This document shows positions 51,161 to 64,000 of a stretch of DNA of 64,000 nucleotides, one piece after another; the stretch's first letter is position 1; every line of letters begins with the position of its first letter. Both the position numbers and the translations under genes were made by a program. The notes beneath the pieces are model-generated. The model saw only the letters and a list, made by a program, of their open reading frames with translations, searched no databases and had not been told where the DNA came from. Source of the stretch: Amoebidium appalachense (taxonomy: Eukaryota; Protista; Ichthyosporea); the NCBI GenBank assembly GCA_963693365.1, contig CAVNZM010000005.1:372001-436000 (forward strand), given 5' to 3'.

Positions 51161-51738
51161 GTGTTGCCGGGTATGACGGGCAGATGGGCCAGGCTGCCTA
51201 CTCGGCCAGCAAGGGAGCCATCATCGGCATGACGCTGCCCATTGCACGTGACCTGGCCGGTGTGGGCATCCGCAACGTCACCATTGCCCCGGGCCTCTTT
51301 AAGACCCCCCTGCTGGCCGGCCTGCCCCAGAAGGCCCAGGTGGGTGTGGTTAGTGTCTCTAAGAGTTATGTATAGATTGTTCATAGACCGTTGAGGCTTG
51401 GGTTTGACGTAGGCACTGCATGTGGATGGTATGTGGACACGGACGGTGTTGGGCTGTAATTGTTCCATGGGTGGGGTATGGACACGAGCCATTTTTGTAC
51501 TTATGAAGCTTATGCAGCCACACATGTTCATGGCAAGTCGGTTTTTGTTGGCCATCGCAAGCCCTGTGAAATTGCATGGCTGAAGCTTTGTAACCTCCCT
51601 CCCCCCCCCCCCCCCCCCCCCCCCTCCCCCGGGCTCCCTCTCACTCCTTTATATGGCTGATACTAACCATTCCTCTTGTGTTCACCCCCCACCCCCACAC
51701 CAATCCCTTGCATCTTCATGCTGGAAAGTGCAAACCTA

Positions 51739-51795
<57 letters not shown>

Positions 51796-51941
51796 ATGCC
51801 CTGTCTGCCATTGTGCCCTTCCCGCCGCGCCTGGGCAACCCCCTCGAATATGGCCACCTCGTTCAATTCATCATTGAGAACAAGTACATGAACGGGGAGG
51901 TGATCCGATTGGACGGTGCCATCCGCATGCCCCCCAAGTAA
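48033..51941 (+). CDS. HSD17B10: 3-hydroxyacyl-CoA dehydrogenase type 2 (SDR), 6 exons, ~259 aa. Exons: 48033-48155, 48606-48679, 49356-49478, 50515-50648, 51162-51339, 51795-51941; apparent -1 frameshift in the G run at ~48066-48072
   Basis: VAVITGG(G)[99 protein letters not shown]. One extra G is needed to keep exon 1 in frame. Confidence 0.93.
50200..50510. repeat. Degenerate 21-bp minisatellite (CCATATATGGCCATGCACTGA) at the 3' end of HSD17B10 intron 3
   Basis: 21-bp periodicity, best conserved at 50350-50505; runs into the acceptor. Confidence 0.85.
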
Positions 51942-53070
51942 ACGTTTGTAGACTAATTGTAAGACTACCTGTATATAGGCGAAAGGCCATGCAAACGTGC
52001 AAGGTTGATCGTAGATTGTGGTGGTGTGCAGGCACACTCGGGCGCAAAGATAAAGCGTTTGGAATAAAAGTTGGGTGCCTGGCTGCACATCAAGTTAAAG
52101 GATGGTGTCGATACGTACTCAGTACATGCAGCAGCCTCGTCCCTCCCCGTACACCATGCATGCGCCATGACCTAGCCTTAGCATGATGTGCCCCCACATG
52201 TGCGGCGAGCATATATATATACGCCGCGAGGCGGCTCTGCAGCTGTGCCCTTTGATTAATCCCGGGCTTATTAAATCTTATAGACAAATGGGTACCTAGG
52301 CCTGCCAGGCCAGTCAACCACACATTTAAAGGCTATGGCTGACTGAGACATATGCCCCTTGCCCATCGACCAAGCAAGGTCCACATAGCCGCCTGTGCAC
52401 CATTGGCCACAGCTGGCCCATGGTACATATACGTGTTTCTTTGTTGCTGATTCGAGTACTCGGGCACCTGTTTATACATGCAAACTCGGGGTGTCAGCAT
52501 TCACAGAAACCGTATAAGACATTGCTTTATTTCCTTGAATCTGATTGATAAGCTATATATACTAGCCTCATGTCTTGGTTTACATCAGCACACATATTCG
52601 GGCTGACCGGCACGTCATCTGCTCTCAGAGGCATTTCATAGAATCTATATGTGCACCCCATTTATGTACCCGTACAGCCCGTAAATACACCCATACACAT
52701 GGCCCCTATATGTGCACCCATACACCCAAACGTATCATTTGTTCATGGCGTTGCTATGCACCACACATTCACTCGTTTCATCAGTGCCTTGGCAGCACAC
52801 ATATCCTTTCACACACCCCTAAACATTAATCAAGGTACAAAAACACAGCCATCACACGAGCTAGCATAGCATCACGATAAAAAATTAATGAATGGCTAGC
52901 CTGTGTAGGAGTGATACTACGAGAGTGTAAATATTTCGAGATTGTTTGTGACACTAGGGAGGGGTGAATCCTTCGAGGTTATCTTTGTGACACTAAGAAG
53001 GCGGTGAGTCCTTCAAGGCTAATTTGAGACCCTATGAGGTGTTGAATCCTTCGTGGATATTCATGTGACG

Positions 53071-63778
<10,708 letters not shown>

Positions 63779-63781
63779 CTG

Positions 63782-63822
<41 letters not shown>

Positions 63823-64000
63823 GGTGTCAGGGGGGTGGCAACAACCACGGAAGGATTGGTGCACACACGTGCCTGTGTGTCTGTGTGCTGGTGGACACGA
63901 ATCAACACACACCCTCCCTCTCTTCGTAACAGCCACGTTAACACACACCCGTGCGTATCCAAGATTGTGCGCATGCATGGGGCCCTCTCTGGTTGTGATG

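Overview
Intron-rich eukaryotic genomic DNA, most likely a unicellular holozoan. This is inferred from a syntenin-like tandem-PDZ gene and an animal-type tRNAi-Met PBS together with a formate/nitrite transporter, a family animals lack. Nine genes could be modelled by hand: intronless F-box/LRR, 12-exon ATG4, a small 2-exon DUF5362-like membrane protein, intronless syntenin-like PDZ, intronless FNT transporter, 7-exon phospholipase B-like, 5-exon HAD hydrolase, 6-exon HSD17B10, and the 3' 19 exons of a CHD-type SNF2 remodeller ending in an ARID-like domain. One nested mobile element is resolved to the base: a short non-autonomous LTR element (199-bp LTRs, TG..GA ends, GGAG TSD, PBS, PPT) carrying a 5'-truncated LINE (13-bp TSD, CCHC-finger fragment, GAAA stem-loop, (TAA)n tail). 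The most striking general pattern is the splicing grammar. About a third of acceptors are (CA)n-AG with no polypyrimidine tract, many donors run straight into (GT)n, one intron can fold into a nested simple-repeat hairpin, and 4 of 45 modelled donors are GC. Most listed six-frame ORFs are microsatellite artefacts. No rRNA, tRNA or CRISPR array was seen. All models are manual and untested against databases or transcripts.
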